Below, one piece after another: positions 19,904 to 30,139 of a DNA stretch of 64,000 nucleotides (positions are counted from its first letter, which is position 1; every line of letters starts with the position of its first letter). The notes under the pieces are model-generated. The model was given only the letters and a program-made list of their open reading frames with translations. It was not told where the DNA came from and ran no database searches. Position numbers and translations under genes: made by a program. This DNA is from a virus. The stretch is taken from positions 1 to 64,000 of the IMG/VR virus record IMGVR_UViG_3300015360_000029; one strand, 5' to 3'.

Positions 19904-22900
19904 TTTGATTGCCTTATGATAGTAGGAGTCAACGCTTCAACTATCAAGATATCACTGAGCTTCGTGGCTGATTGAAGAATTTCATCAATTCCTGCTTCGA
20001 CAGTGAACATCGACCCGAATGAATTCGCGCTGTAGACTGGAACAAGAACGACAGAAGCCACATCAGCTGGCAACCGTTGATGAATCAAACTTAGCAATTC
20101 TGTAGCGTAGAACGTATCGCCGAAGTCCCAACCATCGATGTCGAAGTACGTGTTGATTACATTTAGAATTTCTTCTTTGATTCGTTCGTTCGTAAGTGTA
20201 GCCGATTGGGCGCGAACGACTTTGAATTGAGCACGAAGCTGAGCTTCAGCCAACCCGCCGAACATAAGCCGAAACTTACCAGGATGAAGGATTACTGTAT
20301 CGGAAAGCATTTTGTTTTCGAGCAAGTACCCGTATGAGTTCCGAAGCTCTAGCGGAGTCGGTGCCGATGGTGCCGAGTTCGATGTGCCGCGGACATAACT
20401 GATCACGTTGTCGTAATACCCACGAGTCATCACGTACGCATCGTGAATGTTTGTAACAGATGGATCAATGATGTTCGTGAACGGTGAAAAATGTTGCCAC
20501 ATGAAATCAAGCCCAGCATCGCCTGAACCAATCTTTGGCATCCGAAGGTTCCTGCCGAATGTACCTGTGCTATCGACAGTTGATCCAGCCGCCCAAGTTC
20601 CACCTGGGTTATCTATGAGAACTGTTGTTCCGATTAAGAAGTACTCGTACGAATTAGCTGCGAATGTTTCGAATTGGAGTAAACGGTCTGGAATCAAATC
20701 CCCAGAAGAATCTTCTTGGAGAAGATCTGTTGGGACAACTTCAAGCTGGTGGTAATCAATGACGCCGTTATCATCCCCGATAGACCCAACGACATCATAA
20801 ATCTGTGAAGCCCCAAGAACATCCCCGTCGGAATCAAGGTTCGATCGAAGAACTTTCACGTTATCGAATACACGCTTCTTTGTCTCGTTGTCAAGAAGCT
20901 GATCGACGCTATTGAACCAGAAATTCGTTGTTGGGGATTCAATAGCGATTCGCAAGTCACGTGAATGAACTTCGTATCCGATAACTGCTCCGCCAACAGA
21001 TTGTCGAATCTTGCGAACAAACACTATCCACGAATCTTCTTTTGTAGAAAGATCTGGGAACAGCGAAGATGCCGAAGCTGTGCTCGTCGTAAAGATTTGT
21101 GGATCACGCATCCCGCCCGCGTAATTCGGCATCATTTGGGTATCCATGATTTCCCACCAGCCGTTTAAATTCGCAGCTCTTGTTCCAAAAAGTGAGCGTT
21201 GCTGAAGTATTCCTGTCGCGCTCGTGTCAAGTACGAATGCATCACCGGCAGCGAAAGCGGTTGTATTGTTTTGAATTACTGTGAACATCGCGGCGCTGGA
21301 GCTGAAACCTGCTGGCTGGATGTTATACTGGTTCCCGATGGAGCCCGTTGGGAACGAACCGCGCATATTAGATCGTACAGCAAGGCTCTGCCCATCAGCC
21401 TGAACTTCGATGGTCCATACTTCACCAAAGATCCAGTACGCGCCTCCAACCCAACCAGTTGATGCCAACGAATTTGAAAGACTTACTGTCCCGCTGCCGA
21501 TACCGCGTAGCAATCGATTGTATCGCAGCCCGAAGTAATTCTGCTCCGCAACAGGCTGCAAGCCTGAACCAATGTCGCCTGGCGGGAATTTATTTACCCC
21601 GTCAATTGATCGCGGTAAAGTCGCATCGTAAATCCTACTGTCATCCTCTGGGAACAAGCTTGGATCATGAATCACCCCAAGAAGCGTGTTCGATGAATTA
21701 AGGATACGAGATAGCGGTTCACCGTACCAGTGCCGATCTATCAAACCCTGCATCGATGTCTTTTCTTTCAAAGATCCGTCATTGAACCCGGCAACGTACA
21801 TTCCATTCTTGTCGCGATATCGATCACCTCGGTTGTCTTCGATGAATTTCCTTCGAGGCGATGATACAATGCCTGCAGTACTAGGATCACTAGCTGAGAT
21901 GTGTAACATCATGTTCACAATGCCTGAAGTCTTAAGCAACGGTTCAATGATCTCGTCGATTAAACTTTTGCCAGATACAGATGTCGTTTGTGTTTTCAGC
22001 GAGATCTGATACTTCATCGTCAAATCGTCGCCAAAAAGTTTCACGTTTTCATACGTGCCGGAAGCGTCATTCCAGTCAATGTACTTCGGCTGACCGGCGA
22101 ATGTACGATTGATCGTCTTCAATCGAAGGATTGTTGGATCTTTCAACAAGTACGTATTGTAATCCTGCCCGTTCACCATTCTGTTCTGAGCGTAATACGT
22201 TGATGGTGCCGAGCGTCGGATATGCTCAATTGATTCTGTAGCTGAACCGTTCTGCATCGTCGATGTCAGATTGAATGACATCGTACACGTTTCAGTATTC
22301 CCGATCGATGATGTGTACTGGAATGTCATCGGTTGATTCTGAATCTTGTTCTTTTGAATCACAAGACTTCTGTTTGCAGATTGTCGCATCCAGAATCTAA
22401 ACACCCCTTGCGGCGCATCTGCGAAATCGCCGTCTCCGAACAAAACGGCAATTTGATCATTCTCACGCGAATCAACTTCGAACTTCTTTCGAGTTGATCG
22501 ATTGCTGTTGAACACGAGATTTTGCTCTGCTACAGTGTCGACTTGAGTCCAGCGCTCAGAAATCGCGCCGAGACTGTTGATCTTCTGGACCCAAACGTCT
22601 GTGTGATTCACGTTCGTCGGTGCAAAATCAAGGCGTCGATTTGGCAATTGTTCTGTGATGTCGTAGTCAATTCGAGTTAAAACACCTTGCTTCATGAACA
22701 GCAAGAATCCTGTGTAATCTGATCCGTCGCCGATTCCATCATTCGCGTAAATCAGACTCATCGATGAATTCGGATCTGGTTCACGTTCGAAAGGTCCGTT
22801 CTCATCAACGTCAGCTGGAACGACTTCCATCGGAAATGATTCGAGTCCTGTGTTCACGCTGAATGGTGAAACTCCGTTTGGAAAGGTATTTTGATTGTTG

Positions 22901-23451
22901 ATCAAAGAATACGTATCCATCACGACATCGCCAATTTGAACAGTCTTCTGAGGCTGCCCAAATCGCGATGATAGGATACGGTTCATCACAAGAATGAATT
23001 GTTCTTTCCAATTCGCGTTGTTCGGATCATTCCAAGCAATAGTTAAGTTCGAGAGATCAACGCCGCGCGAATCAAGCACGCGTTCAGAAGTGCTAACATC
23101 ATTGATCTTTGAAAGACCACGAACAGGAATGTTCCGAGTTGCTTTGTAGCTGATCAGCTTCGCTAGGCGAAGGATCGACTGCTTCCGCTGAGCAGTCGTA
23201 ATGAAGTTCTCGTGTGCCACCATGTCGACGCGGTACGCAAGCTGCTCAGCAACGTACGCGAACATCTCGAGCATCGAGATGAATTCTGATGACTGGATGT
23301 AGTCATTGAACTGCTCTGGGTAGTACGTTCGAGTATAGTCGACCAGCGACTGCTTTATGCTGTCGAAGTCGTAACTGACGAAACTTACGGCCGAGAACGC
23401 TTGATAAATTTTATCCCAAGACTCTGCTGTGTACGTGGTTCGAAGTGCCAT
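19900..23451 (-). CDS. gp6: Baseplate wedge subunit
   Basis: 1183 aa; SYDFDSIKQSLVDY...FNDYIQSSEF...ENFITTAQRKQSILRLA; FGDG; ESIEHIRRSAP..YYAQNRMVNGQDY. Confidence 0.85.
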   Translation of the reverse strand: MALRTTYTAESWDKIYQAFSAVSFVSYDFDSIKQSLVDYTRTYYPEQFNDYIQSSEFISMLEMFAYVAEQLAYRVDMVAHENFITTAQRKQSILRLAKLISYKATRNIPVRGLSKINDVSTSERVLDSRGVDLSNLTIAWNDPNNANWKEQFILVMNRILSSRFGQPQKTVQIGDVVMDTYSLINNQNTFPNGVSPFSVNTGLESFPMEVVPADVDENGPFEREPDPNSSMSLIYANDGIGDGSDYTGFLLFMKQGVLTRIDYDITEQLPNRRLDFAPTNVNHTDVWVQKINSLGAISERWTQVDTVAEQNLVFNSNRSTRKKFEVDSRENDQIAVLFGDGDFADAPQGVFRFWMRQSANRSLVIQKNKIQNQPMTFQYTSSIGNTETCTMSFNLTSTMQNGSATESIEHIRRSAPSTYYAQNRMVNGQDYNTYLLKDPTILRLKTINRTFAGQPKYIDWNDASGTYENVKLFGDDLTMKYQISLKTQTTSVSGKSLIDEIIEPLLKTSGIVNMMLHISASDPSTAGIVSSPRRKFIEDNRGDRYRDKNGMYVAGFNDGSLKEKTSMQGLIDRHWYGEPLSRILNSSNTLLGVIHDPSLFPEDDSRIYDATLPRSIDGVNKFPPGDIGSGLQPVAEQNYFGLRYNRLLRGIGSGTVSLSNSLASTGWVGGAYWIFGEVWTIEVQADGQSLAVRSNMRGSFPTGSIGNQYNIQPAGFSSSAAMFTVIQNNTTAFAAGDAFVLDTSATGILQQRSLFGTRAANLNGWWEIMDTQMMPNYAGGMRDPQIFTTSTASASSLFPDLSTKEDSWIVFVRKIRQSVGGAVIGYEVHSRDLRIAIESPTTNFWFNSVDQLLDNETKKRVFDNVKVLRSNLDSDGDVLGASQIYDVVGSIGDDNGVIDYHQLEVVPTDLLQEDSSGDLIPDRLLQFETFAANSYEYFLIGTTVLIDNPGGTWAAGSTVDSTGTFGRNLRMPKIGSGDAGLDFMWQHFSPFTNIIDPSVTNIHDAYVMTRGYYDNVISYVRGTSNSAPSAPTPLELRNSYGYLLENKMLSDTVILHPGKFRLMFGGLAEAQLRAQFKVVRAQSATLTNERIKEEILNVINTYFDIDGWDFGDTFYATELLSLIHQRLPADVASVVLVPVYSANSFGSMFTVEAGIDEILQSATKLSDILIVEALTPTIIRQSK

Positions 23452-23475
23452 TGTGGTGTCCGTGATCGTGTCAGG

Positions 23476-23481
23476 TATTTA
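23476..23481 (-). promoter_or_regulatory. Late promoter motif TAAATA
   Basis: Overlaps the stop of 23479..23700, upstream of the gp6 ATG. Confidence 0.55.
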
Positions 23482-23700
23482 TGTCGGTAGTTGATCGTCA
23501 GGGATCGAACCTTTTCGGACGAGCCACATTCGCTTCATAGTCTCGATGTTCGAGAGTTCAAGGACCTTCTTCTTGTACGGTGCCGGGATGTAGTTCTCGT
23601 CGTCTTCCTCTTCATCGAGGTCGGACTTCCAGTTCCAAGTGATCTGCCCAGTCTCGTCTTCGATCTTGCCTTCGGCGATGAATTGTTTGAACGAGATCAT
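23479..23700 (-). CDS. Small acidic protein with capsid-targeting-like N-terminus (possibly truncated)
   Basis: 73 aa beginning MISFKQFIAE; ATGA-coupled to gp25. Confidence 0.65.
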   Translation of the reverse strand: MISFKQFIAEGKIEDETGQITWNWKSDLDEEEDDENYIPAPYKKKVLELSNIETMKRMWLVRKGSIPDDQLPT

Positions 23701-24074
23701 GATCCAACTGGAAATTCAAGTTTCAACGTTTCCGTGATGTTCAATTTCACGTATTCGACATCGATCATTGCTACGATTGCATTGTTATTTGGGAGCGGCA
23801 GAACAGCGATGTCGATCAAGCGAACTCGCGGGTCATAATTCATTACCATCATAAGATCTTCCTTGATAATGGAAATGCTTGTTTGATCTAGCGGTTCAAA
23901 AGCCATCAACGGGATTCGAGTTCCGAACTTAGGCTGCATCACACGTTCACCTGGAATTGTATAAATGTGGTTCAGCAGATCGCGTTTCACAGTCTCGACA
24001 TCGATTGTCGAGAAGGTCTTCCCGCCATTCTCGACATGAGCTTGTGTACTAAATCCACGATAGATTGATCTCAT
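23697..24074 (-). CDS. gp25: Baseplate wedge subunit
   Basis: DLLNHIYTIPGERVMQPKFGT...EPLD...YDPRV; probable start is ATG 24074 (MRSIYRGFST), not the ORF-track start. Confidence 0.88.
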   Translation of the reverse strand: MRSIYRGFSTQAHVENGGKTFSTIDVETVKRDLLNHIYTIPGERVMQPKFGTRIPLMAFEPLDQTSISIIKEDLMMVMNYDPRVRLIDIAVLPLPNNNAIVAMIDVEYVKLNITETLKLEFPVGS

Positions 24075-24078
24075 AATG

Positions 24079-25191
24079 TCATTCCTTCCAATTCTTGCCG
24101 CGCACGATCTTCGATATTGGACGCTTCCATGGTTCATGTGACGGGATTAATGATGGTTGATCAGCGCACGGCGCTAGTGCAGCTTCATTGCCATTCAAAT
24201 GAATCTGAGGTGCCGACTGCATCAGATTTCCGGCTGCAAGAATGTTGAACGTCTCGCCAGATGTGATGTTTACACCACCTGCGCCTGTGAGCGAAAGATC
24301 AGAGCACGCTTCTGCTCGTAATGATTCCGAAGCGTTCAAATTTAGATTCTTACCAGCGCTGATATTCACGTTCCCAAGCGCTTGCAAATTGAAGTCTCCA
24401 CCTGCGGACATGCTGATAGATTCAGCTGCGTATACATGAACATGCCCGTCGCGATCCATCTCTAGCCACGATCGACCTTGTGAAGTTGAAACATAGATTC
24501 GTTCATTCGCATCATCAAAGATAATCTGATGCCCTTCGGCTGTTTTGATTCGAACGCGAGCGCTTCCAGGATGATCTTGCATGATGATCGCGTGCCGACC
24601 TGGCGTAGTGATGCAATACGTCTGCGGATCAAGGCGCCCAATGTTTGAATCAGCAGATCGAATCACTCGCGGCGAATATCCTTCAGAATCCGTCTTTTCG
24701 TCTGTTGGCTGAGCTGCCATTCGTTCGTAAGCTCCGCGCGTTCGAGATATCGACGATGCAAGATCACCTTGGAATTGTGCCTTCAAATTCGTTGCCGTTG
24801 GCTCGATGATGCCACCGCTGTCAGATGTCGGTGCATCATCGTTCACATTTCTGCCAGCTGGAAGACTTCGATTACCGTGATCGGGGAAGAATGATCCCAT
24901 GTATACACGTTGATTGTAATCTCCGTACAAGAACCCAATTAAGACTTGAGCACCGAGTTTTGGAACAGCCCAGAATCCGTATGATACAGGCCCAGAAGAA
25001 GCAGCACTTGATCCGCCAGCTGGGTACCCATAAGCCTGTCCAGCCAGCGGCGAAACATACAGCACCCATGGGAGGATGTCAACGTTAGGATTCTGACCGT
25101 CGATAGATGGGCACCAAACTTTAATGCGACCCATCTCTTGTGGATCAGCGGTGTCAACAACAACCCCGTCAATAAGTCCTGAGTTTGCCAT
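24079..25191 (-). CDS. gp5: Baseplate central spike (Gp5 OB-fold + beta-helix, no lysozyme domain)
   Basis: GVVVDTADPQEMGRIKVW, VPKLGAQVLIGF..GD, TPGRHAIIMQD, IKTAEGHQIIFDD, IHLNG. Confidence 0.8.
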   Translation of the reverse strand: MANSGLIDGVVVDTADPQEMGRIKVWCPSIDGQNPNVDILPWVLYVSPLAGQAYGYPAGGSSAASSGPVSYGFWAVPKLGAQVLIGFLYGDYNQRVYMGSFFPDHGNRSLPAGRNVNDDAPTSDSGGIIEPTATNLKAQFQGDLASSISRTRGAYERMAAQPTDEKTDSEGYSPRVIRSADSNIGRLDPQTYCITTPGRHAIIMQDHPGSARVRIKTAEGHQIIFDDANERIYVSTSQGRSWLEMDRDGHVHVYAAESISMSAGGDFNLQALGNVNISAGKNLNLNASESLRAEACSDLSLTGAGGVNITSGETFNILAAGNLMQSAPQIHLNGNEAALAPCADQPSLIPSHEPWKRPISKIVRGKNWKE

Positions 25192-27284
25192 CAGGTTTTG
25201 ACCTTTTCAATCTTGGAACCGCCAAAGATGTTGTGTGAGTACAATTCTAATTCTTGCGTAAACAAATGTCCTGCGAAGATGTTCGTGACTTTGAAGATTA
25301 CGTAAAAGTTATTCGAGAGCACACTTGATGCGAACGTACCGTCCTGTAACGCTTCATTCGTCTTGAAATTGACAGCTGGTCCTTTGATGTTCACCTTTGC
25401 GAACACAGGCGCGACTGCGTATGATTTCGTACTCAACGGTTTCTGAATTGTGAATGCATTCCCAACTTGTGAGATGTCTGAATTTTCATTCAAGATATCC
25501 TTTTCCAGACTTTCACGATACTGCCCGCGGCTAATTACTCCACTTTCGGTAGTTGATTGTCCGGATGTCGATGGCGATGAAGCATCGCCAGTATGAAGCA
25601 GCAATTGTCCGATGTTGAACTTGCTCATGATCAACGGATTCCCTTTAATCGTCATAGCGACGACAATTGGCGAACCAGCATAGAACATCGAAAGATTCTT
25701 TGAGTACTGCAATGATTCTGCGATTCGCTGTTGGCTCATTGGTTTCGATGCAACTGAAGAAGTATACCTTGTAAAGTTATCGAGAGCACTCTTCGAATCA
25801 AGTGGTAGCACTAATGGGTCGAATTCTCGAGCGAATGATATCGCATCCGTCTTTGCTGCAGAGTCTGGGGTATCACCGCTGCTGTCAGTGACGTTCCTCA
25901 TTGCACTATCGCCAACTCTCATGTTCGAAGCAAGCAAGAATTGAAAGTCTTGAATCTTTACATCAAAATTCAAAATAGAATCGTTCTTACCTGTGAAGAT
26001 GAAGTCCCATTCTAGAAAGTCTTTTGGTTTTCTAATAGGCAGCCCGTTTTCATCAACAGAACTAAAATAGTATTGATTGTCGAGTTTTGATATATTGTTC
26101 GTCGACACGTCAGCATCTGTGAACAAGTTCGGAACTTGAAACTCGACAACATCGACGTGCACGACCATTGTGACATTATCAGTTGTGAGTCCTACAAGTT
26201 GCTTGAAGAACTTGATGATACCGCCTTGAACAGCATCGCTCTGTTTGAAGTTCCCCATCGCAGCGATCTCTGGAACAGTTTTGAAAATAGCTTCAAGAAC
26301 GTCAGTGATCAGCGCACCAGTGTTGGATGCGAAATACGAGCTTCGAATTTGACCGATTGTTTGGGACGATCCGACTGGTGGTTCTTTGATTGCTTCAGCA
26401 TCAGCTCTAGCTTTGTCAATCTGGTCTTTGAACAAAGTTTCAACAATCTTCCCAGTGTTAGATCCCGACAATTGAAACTTGTCCCAATCCTTTGGAATCG
26501 TGATCATGTATTGGACTTTGCGACCGATTTTTTTAGCAGTCCTGGATTCATTGAACTTGTTCACGATGCTTTGAACAGAGTCATAGTATTCGGTTGATTT
26601 TCGATTCAGCTCTTGTTCAAGGCTTGTGATCAATCCAAGCAAGGAATTATCAGATGACAAAGCATTCGTGGCTGTCGAGATCGTAAGAAATCGAGAATTC
26701 TGATTCACATCAAAATTCATGTTCGGCATGAATTCTAGAACGTAAGATCCCTTAGCATAATCAAGATTGATTTCCATTTGCTGAAGATGCATCGGAATCG
26801 TTTCAGTTTGAATTATGTCGGTACTTCCGTCAGGTTTATGCCCGACGAACATCACACGAAGCATGAACACGATCCCATCGTAATTCGTCTTCATCTGCGA
26901 ATCAAGCAACCACTGCATAAAATTCGCGAACGAAATTCCGACAGAATCGAGAACTGTCATCGACAGATCAGCTGCGAGATTCGATGGTGCTGCACCCTTA
27001 TGCAAACCATTAACGTATACATCGTACTTCAAACTTTCAACAGTGAATTGTGAGAATCGACGAGTATCAATTACTAGAAAGATTTCGTCTTTGCGGCCAT
27101 TAAAGATTACAGGCGCTCCGAGATACTTCGCATCGTCTATTGCTTTCAGCGACGATGCCATCGTATCTTTATCTTCCGAAGTGAATAATTTCGCAGTAAC
27201 TGTCGTTCGACAAGCAAGAAGAACGTAATGTATCGAATACGTTTGGAACTCGTCAAGCGGATTGAAAGGTGTTCCGTTTGCCAT
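25191..27284 (-). CDS. Baseplate hub protein (gp27-like)
   Basis: 697 aa; N-terminal NPLDEFQTYSIH, MTIKGNP, C-terminal Y.IFKVTNIFAG.LFTQELEL; position between gp53- and gp5-like genes. Confidence 0.6.
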   Translation of the reverse strand: MANGTPFNPLDEFQTYSIHYVLLACRTTVTAKLFTSEDKDTMASSLKAIDDAKYLGAPVIFNGRKDEIFLVIDTRRFSQFTVESLKYDVYVNGLHKGAAPSNLAADLSMTVLDSVGISFANFMQWLLDSQMKTNYDGIVFMLRVMFVGHKPDGSTDIIQTETIPMHLQQMEINLDYAKGSYVLEFMPNMNFDVNQNSRFLTISTATNALSSDNSLLGLITSLEQELNRKSTEYYDSVQSIVNKFNESRTAKKIGRKVQYMITIPKDWDKFQLSGSNTGKIVETLFKDQIDKARADAEAIKEPPVGSSQTIGQIRSSYFASNTGALITDVLEAIFKTVPEIAAMGNFKQSDAVQGGIIKFFKQLVGLTTDNVTMVVHVDVVEFQVPNLFTDADVSTNNISKLDNQYYFSSVDENGLPIRKPKDFLEWDFIFTGKNDSILNFDVKIQDFQFLLASNMRVGDSAMRNVTDSSGDTPDSAAKTDAISFAREFDPLVLPLDSKSALDNFTRYTSSVASKPMSQQRIAESLQYSKNLSMFYAGSPIVVAMTIKGNPLIMSKFNIGQLLLHTGDASSPSTSGQSTTESGVISRGQYRESLEKDILNENSDISQVGNAFTIQKPLSTKSYAVAPVFAKVNIKGPAVNFKTNEALQDGTFASSVLSNNFYVIFKVTNIFAGHLFTQELELYSHNIFGGSKIEKVKT

Positions 27285-27655
27285 TATACGATCGGGAGGA
27301 TTGAAATTGGAACTTCGCGCTTCGATGGTACGCCACCAATTTTATTTGACATGATTGTTTTGATTCTGTCAATTGTCGGAATGTACAAGATCATTCCTTC
27401 TGTGATTTCCGAAGATGGATCAAGAATGTTGTTGTATTGTGCAACAACCCACCAATATCGCGGCTCGTCAAGAAATGTTGCGGTTATCCAATCAAGTCGA
27501 CCAACAAATTTCTTCTCTACAATGTAAGTTGTATCATCAGAATTCATTGGGAACACGACACGTTCCCACCATTCGATAGCTATTGGATTCACCTCAGTGG
27601 TACCACCGGCGCTGTATCGTGATGTTCGAATTTGGGTGCTATTCTTTTCAGCCAT
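27284..27655 (-). CDS. gp53: Baseplate wedge LysM-type protein
   Basis: GRLDWITATFLDEPRYWWVVAQYNNILDP..EITEG.ILYIP. Confidence 0.8.
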   Translation of the reverse strand: MAEKNSTQIRTSRYSAGGTTEVNPIAIEWWERVVFPMNSDDTTYIVEKKFVGRLDWITATFLDEPRYWWVVAQYNNILDPSSEITEGMILYIPTIDRIKTIMSNKIGGVPSKREVPISILPIV

Positions 27656-27656
27656 G

Positions 27657-29336
27657 TTATGGTCCTAGGGCAGCGAGCTGCTCTGTAGCTCTTTGGAAAT
27701 CACCTGATGCTCTTTTTATATCTGAAATTGCAGCATCGAGTTCTAAATTTATAGCAAACATTTCAGCTTTAGTGGTCGCTGCTGCCAGACGCGGTTCAAG
27801 GCTGTTATATTGAGCTTTGTGAAATTGAAGTTCTTTGATAACTACACCAATTTCGTTGTTAAGAGCACTCTTCTTAGCTTCAATTTCTGAGGAAGTTAAA
27901 GCTGGTGCAGGTTGTGCTGCAGGTTGTGCTGCTGACACAGATACAGCTGGTGCCACCTCAATAGATCCAGATTCGCCAGCACCGGATTCAGAAGCGGCCG
28001 TCTTCAATTCTGAAATAGCAGGTGTAACAAGATCAGGGATTACATTACCTCGACCGCCTTTAACAGAATCGCCAAGCCCAGCAAAAACTCTTTGTGCTGA
28101 ATCGATATCGGAACGTATCCCACGTCCTCGGCCCCCATTTGGAACTGATTGAGCTTCTTGTTGAGGGATCTCATTTGTAGAAGTTCCAAAGTTCTGGCCT
28201 TCGTATCGAGATTTCGTATCGGCTGTTGGTTGCCCATAAGCATCAATCATGTTCCCGAGAAGGTAATCTTCAAGACTGAATTGATTGAATTCTTTTGTGC
28301 TGAAGCTCTCGACAAGTTGAATTGAAAGTTGGATTACCGTTGGGAACGGGATGTTTGAAGCTGATTCATCTGGCGACATTGCTGGGATGTAATCTACATC
28401 TTTCGGCCAATTCCAACTCAGTGACGTAATGACAACTGGCACCTCGCCGATCATCGATTTCCTGAATCCACGAAACTTCAAAACAGGTGGTGGCGCGCCA
28501 AGTCTGTTCTTGAATCGACCAGATTCGAGTGTGTGATCACCAAAGAACGGCATCGTCCAGCCGCGCAGCCAGTTCAAGTTCTTCAAGTTCAAAGATGCTT
28601 CGGCTGATGTTCGTGAAATAAATGTAGCATTCATTTGCCATTGAACACTTTCAGTGCCTTTATACTTTTGAAAAGAACCTGGGAACTGTGATGGGGATAC
28701 AGCTTCGTATGATACTGACCGATTCTCAACGATCTCTGGCATCACTATGAATTCAATGATCTCACGAGTGATGGTATTTTCAAGAACAACCAAATGCGAA
28801 CGATCTTCTCCAGCATCTTGAATTTTGATTACTTCGTTCACAGATTGTGCTGTCGCTGTCACATCAAGACTGCTGCCGCCGAATCCGAGTCCGAAAGTGT
28901 TCCCGCCAAGAGCTCCGAACAAATTTGGTGGGGCAAATTGGGTAGGAGCAGTTCCACCTAAAAGGCTAGCTGTTGATGGCAGCTTTGATCCTAAATTTTG
29001 AAAAGAATTTATTCCATTCGTAAATCTATTTTTTAGATCAGATATACCTTCTCCAACTTTAGTGCCAAGATCTGAAACAAACATTCCAACTGCGCGGTAT
29101 GCTTCACCTCGTCCCTTTGCTTGTTGGAGACTCGACATAGCTGCTAACCGATTTTGAGCTCGTTCGACAAATTCGGCAGGGGCCTGACCATTTTCAACCG
29201 CTGCCGCGAGTTCCCGAAGATCGTTTTCATCTTGTGTGGGAGTATCGACCCCCGGTAACAACAGATACCCACCAACAAGGTTCTCAGAATTACTGCCTAA
29301 GATGCTTGTGTTAAAGGTTGAATCTGGAATTTCCAT
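27657..29336 (-). CDS. Baseplate tail-tube initiator (gp48/gp54-like) with N- and C-terminal extensions
   Basis: Core: PEIVENRSVSY...LNWLRGWTMP...LGAPPPVLKF...VPVVITSLSWNWPKDVDYI...P....SIQLVES. Confidence 0.65.
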   Translation of the reverse strand: MEIPDSTFNTSILGSNSENLVGGYLLLPGVDTPTQDENDLRELAAAVENGQAPAEFVERAQNRLAAMSSLQQAKGRGEAYRAVGMFVSDLGTKVGEGISDLKNRFTNGINSFQNLGSKLPSTASLLGGTAPTQFAPPNLFGALGGNTFGLGFGGSSLDVTATAQSVNEVIKIQDAGEDRSHLVVLENTITREIIEFIVMPEIVENRSVSYEAVSPSQFPGSFQKYKGTESVQWQMNATFISRTSAEASLNLKNLNWLRGWTMPFFGDHTLESGRFKNRLGAPPPVLKFRGFRKSMIGEVPVVITSLSWNWPKDVDYIPAMSPDESASNIPFPTVIQLSIQLVESFSTKEFNQFSLEDYLLGNMIDAYGQPTADTKSRYEGQNFGTSTNEIPQQEAQSVPNGGRGRGIRSDIDSAQRVFAGLGDSVKGGRGNVIPDLVTPAISELKTAASESGAGESGSIEVAPAVSVSAAQPAAQPAPALTSSEIEAKKSALNNEIGVVIKELQFHKAQYNSLEPRLAAATTKAEMFAINLELDAAISDIKRASGDFQRATEQLAALGP

Positions 29337-30013
29337 TATTTCTTGATTTCTGCATTAGGTGAATTCAACGAAATTTTGACTTTCTTGAAAATAATGTCAG
29401 CAAGTTTCTGATTGACACCAAGAATACTGGCGAACGCTTTCTTTTTACCAAGCTTCACAGCCAGCCGAGCCATCGATGCCGACATCATGTGAATCGGGAT
29501 TTCTTTACCATTCTCAGCCATGTCTAAGAGTTCTTCAGACGGAACACCATCATCAGGGTCAGCACGCTCATCAAGTCCTGGCAAGATGATGTGTTTCAAT
29601 TTTGAACCGTCAGCTGCAGTGAAATACTTATCTAGCAACTCAATGTATTTCGCAGCACGATCTGATCCGGCTGCGATCGCGTACGGCTCAAAACCAGCCT
29701 TTCGAACGTCTTTGAAAGCATCGAACGCTGTTTTTGAAGTGATGAACTTCACCCCGTTCGCATTCCCAGATGCTGTCATGAACTTGATTCTGTCTTCTGC
29801 CGAGAGTGGGTTCCTCTTCAAATCTTTAGAAGTATTATCGTTAGCTACGACTACGACGATTGGAGTTACCTTGTGCCCCATAGCCACTGTGAATGCTGTC
29901 ATCAACTTAATGGCACTATAGTGGCCTTGAGTTGGTGGATTGAACCGCCCTACCATGACAACCGCCCTTTTCGATTGCTCGCCGACAGTTTCCTCCAACA
30001 AGTATTCATTCAT
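29336..30013 (-). CDS. Cytidylyltransferase-like (HIGH-superfamily nucleotidyltransferase)
   Basis: VVMVGRFNPPTQGH, RNPLS...R, AGSDR, MSASMAR. Start 30013 (MNEYLLEE) preferred because of GGAGA RBS at 30018-30022; alternative start 30034. Confidence 0.75.
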   Translation of the reverse strand: MNEYLLEETVGEQSKRAVVMVGRFNPPTQGHYSAIKLMTAFTVAMGHKVTPIVVVVANDNTSKDLKRNPLSAEDRIKFMTASGNANGVKFITSKTAFDAFKDVRKAGFEPYAIAAGSDRAAKYIELLDKYFTAADGSKLKHIILPGLDERADPDDGVPSEELLDMAENGKEIPIHMMSASMARLAVKLGKKKAFASILGVNQKLADIIFKKVKISLNSPNAEIKK

Positions 30014-30035
30014 GATGTCTCCAAATTCGATCATG

Positions 30036-30041
30036 TATTTA
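30036..30041 (-). promoter_or_regulatory. Late promoter motif TAAATA
   Basis: Head of the long minus-strand baseplate operon. Confidence 0.6.
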
Positions 30042-30087
30042 CGAGTTCGGTCAGATCCTCGTTTTTGATCGATTGCGGTTCGATGTA

Positions 30088-30096
30088 TGTTACAAT
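30088..30096 (+). promoter_or_regulatory. Extended -10 (sigma70-type) promoter TGtTACAAT
   Basis: Upstream of the gp55-gp47-gp46 block; same TGnTA[CT]AAT motif at 35457, 51148 and 52637. Confidence 0.5.
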
Positions 30097-30139
30097 CAAT
30101 TTTGTGTCGCCTTTAAACTCTCTTAGGAAAGAGGACATC

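Noticed and set aside
29873-30139. ORF-track N-terminal extensions of gp55 (also gp47, gp46, gp25 and 49066..49476)
   Set aside because: They overlap other genes; downstream ATGs with RBS or coupling fit family lengths better
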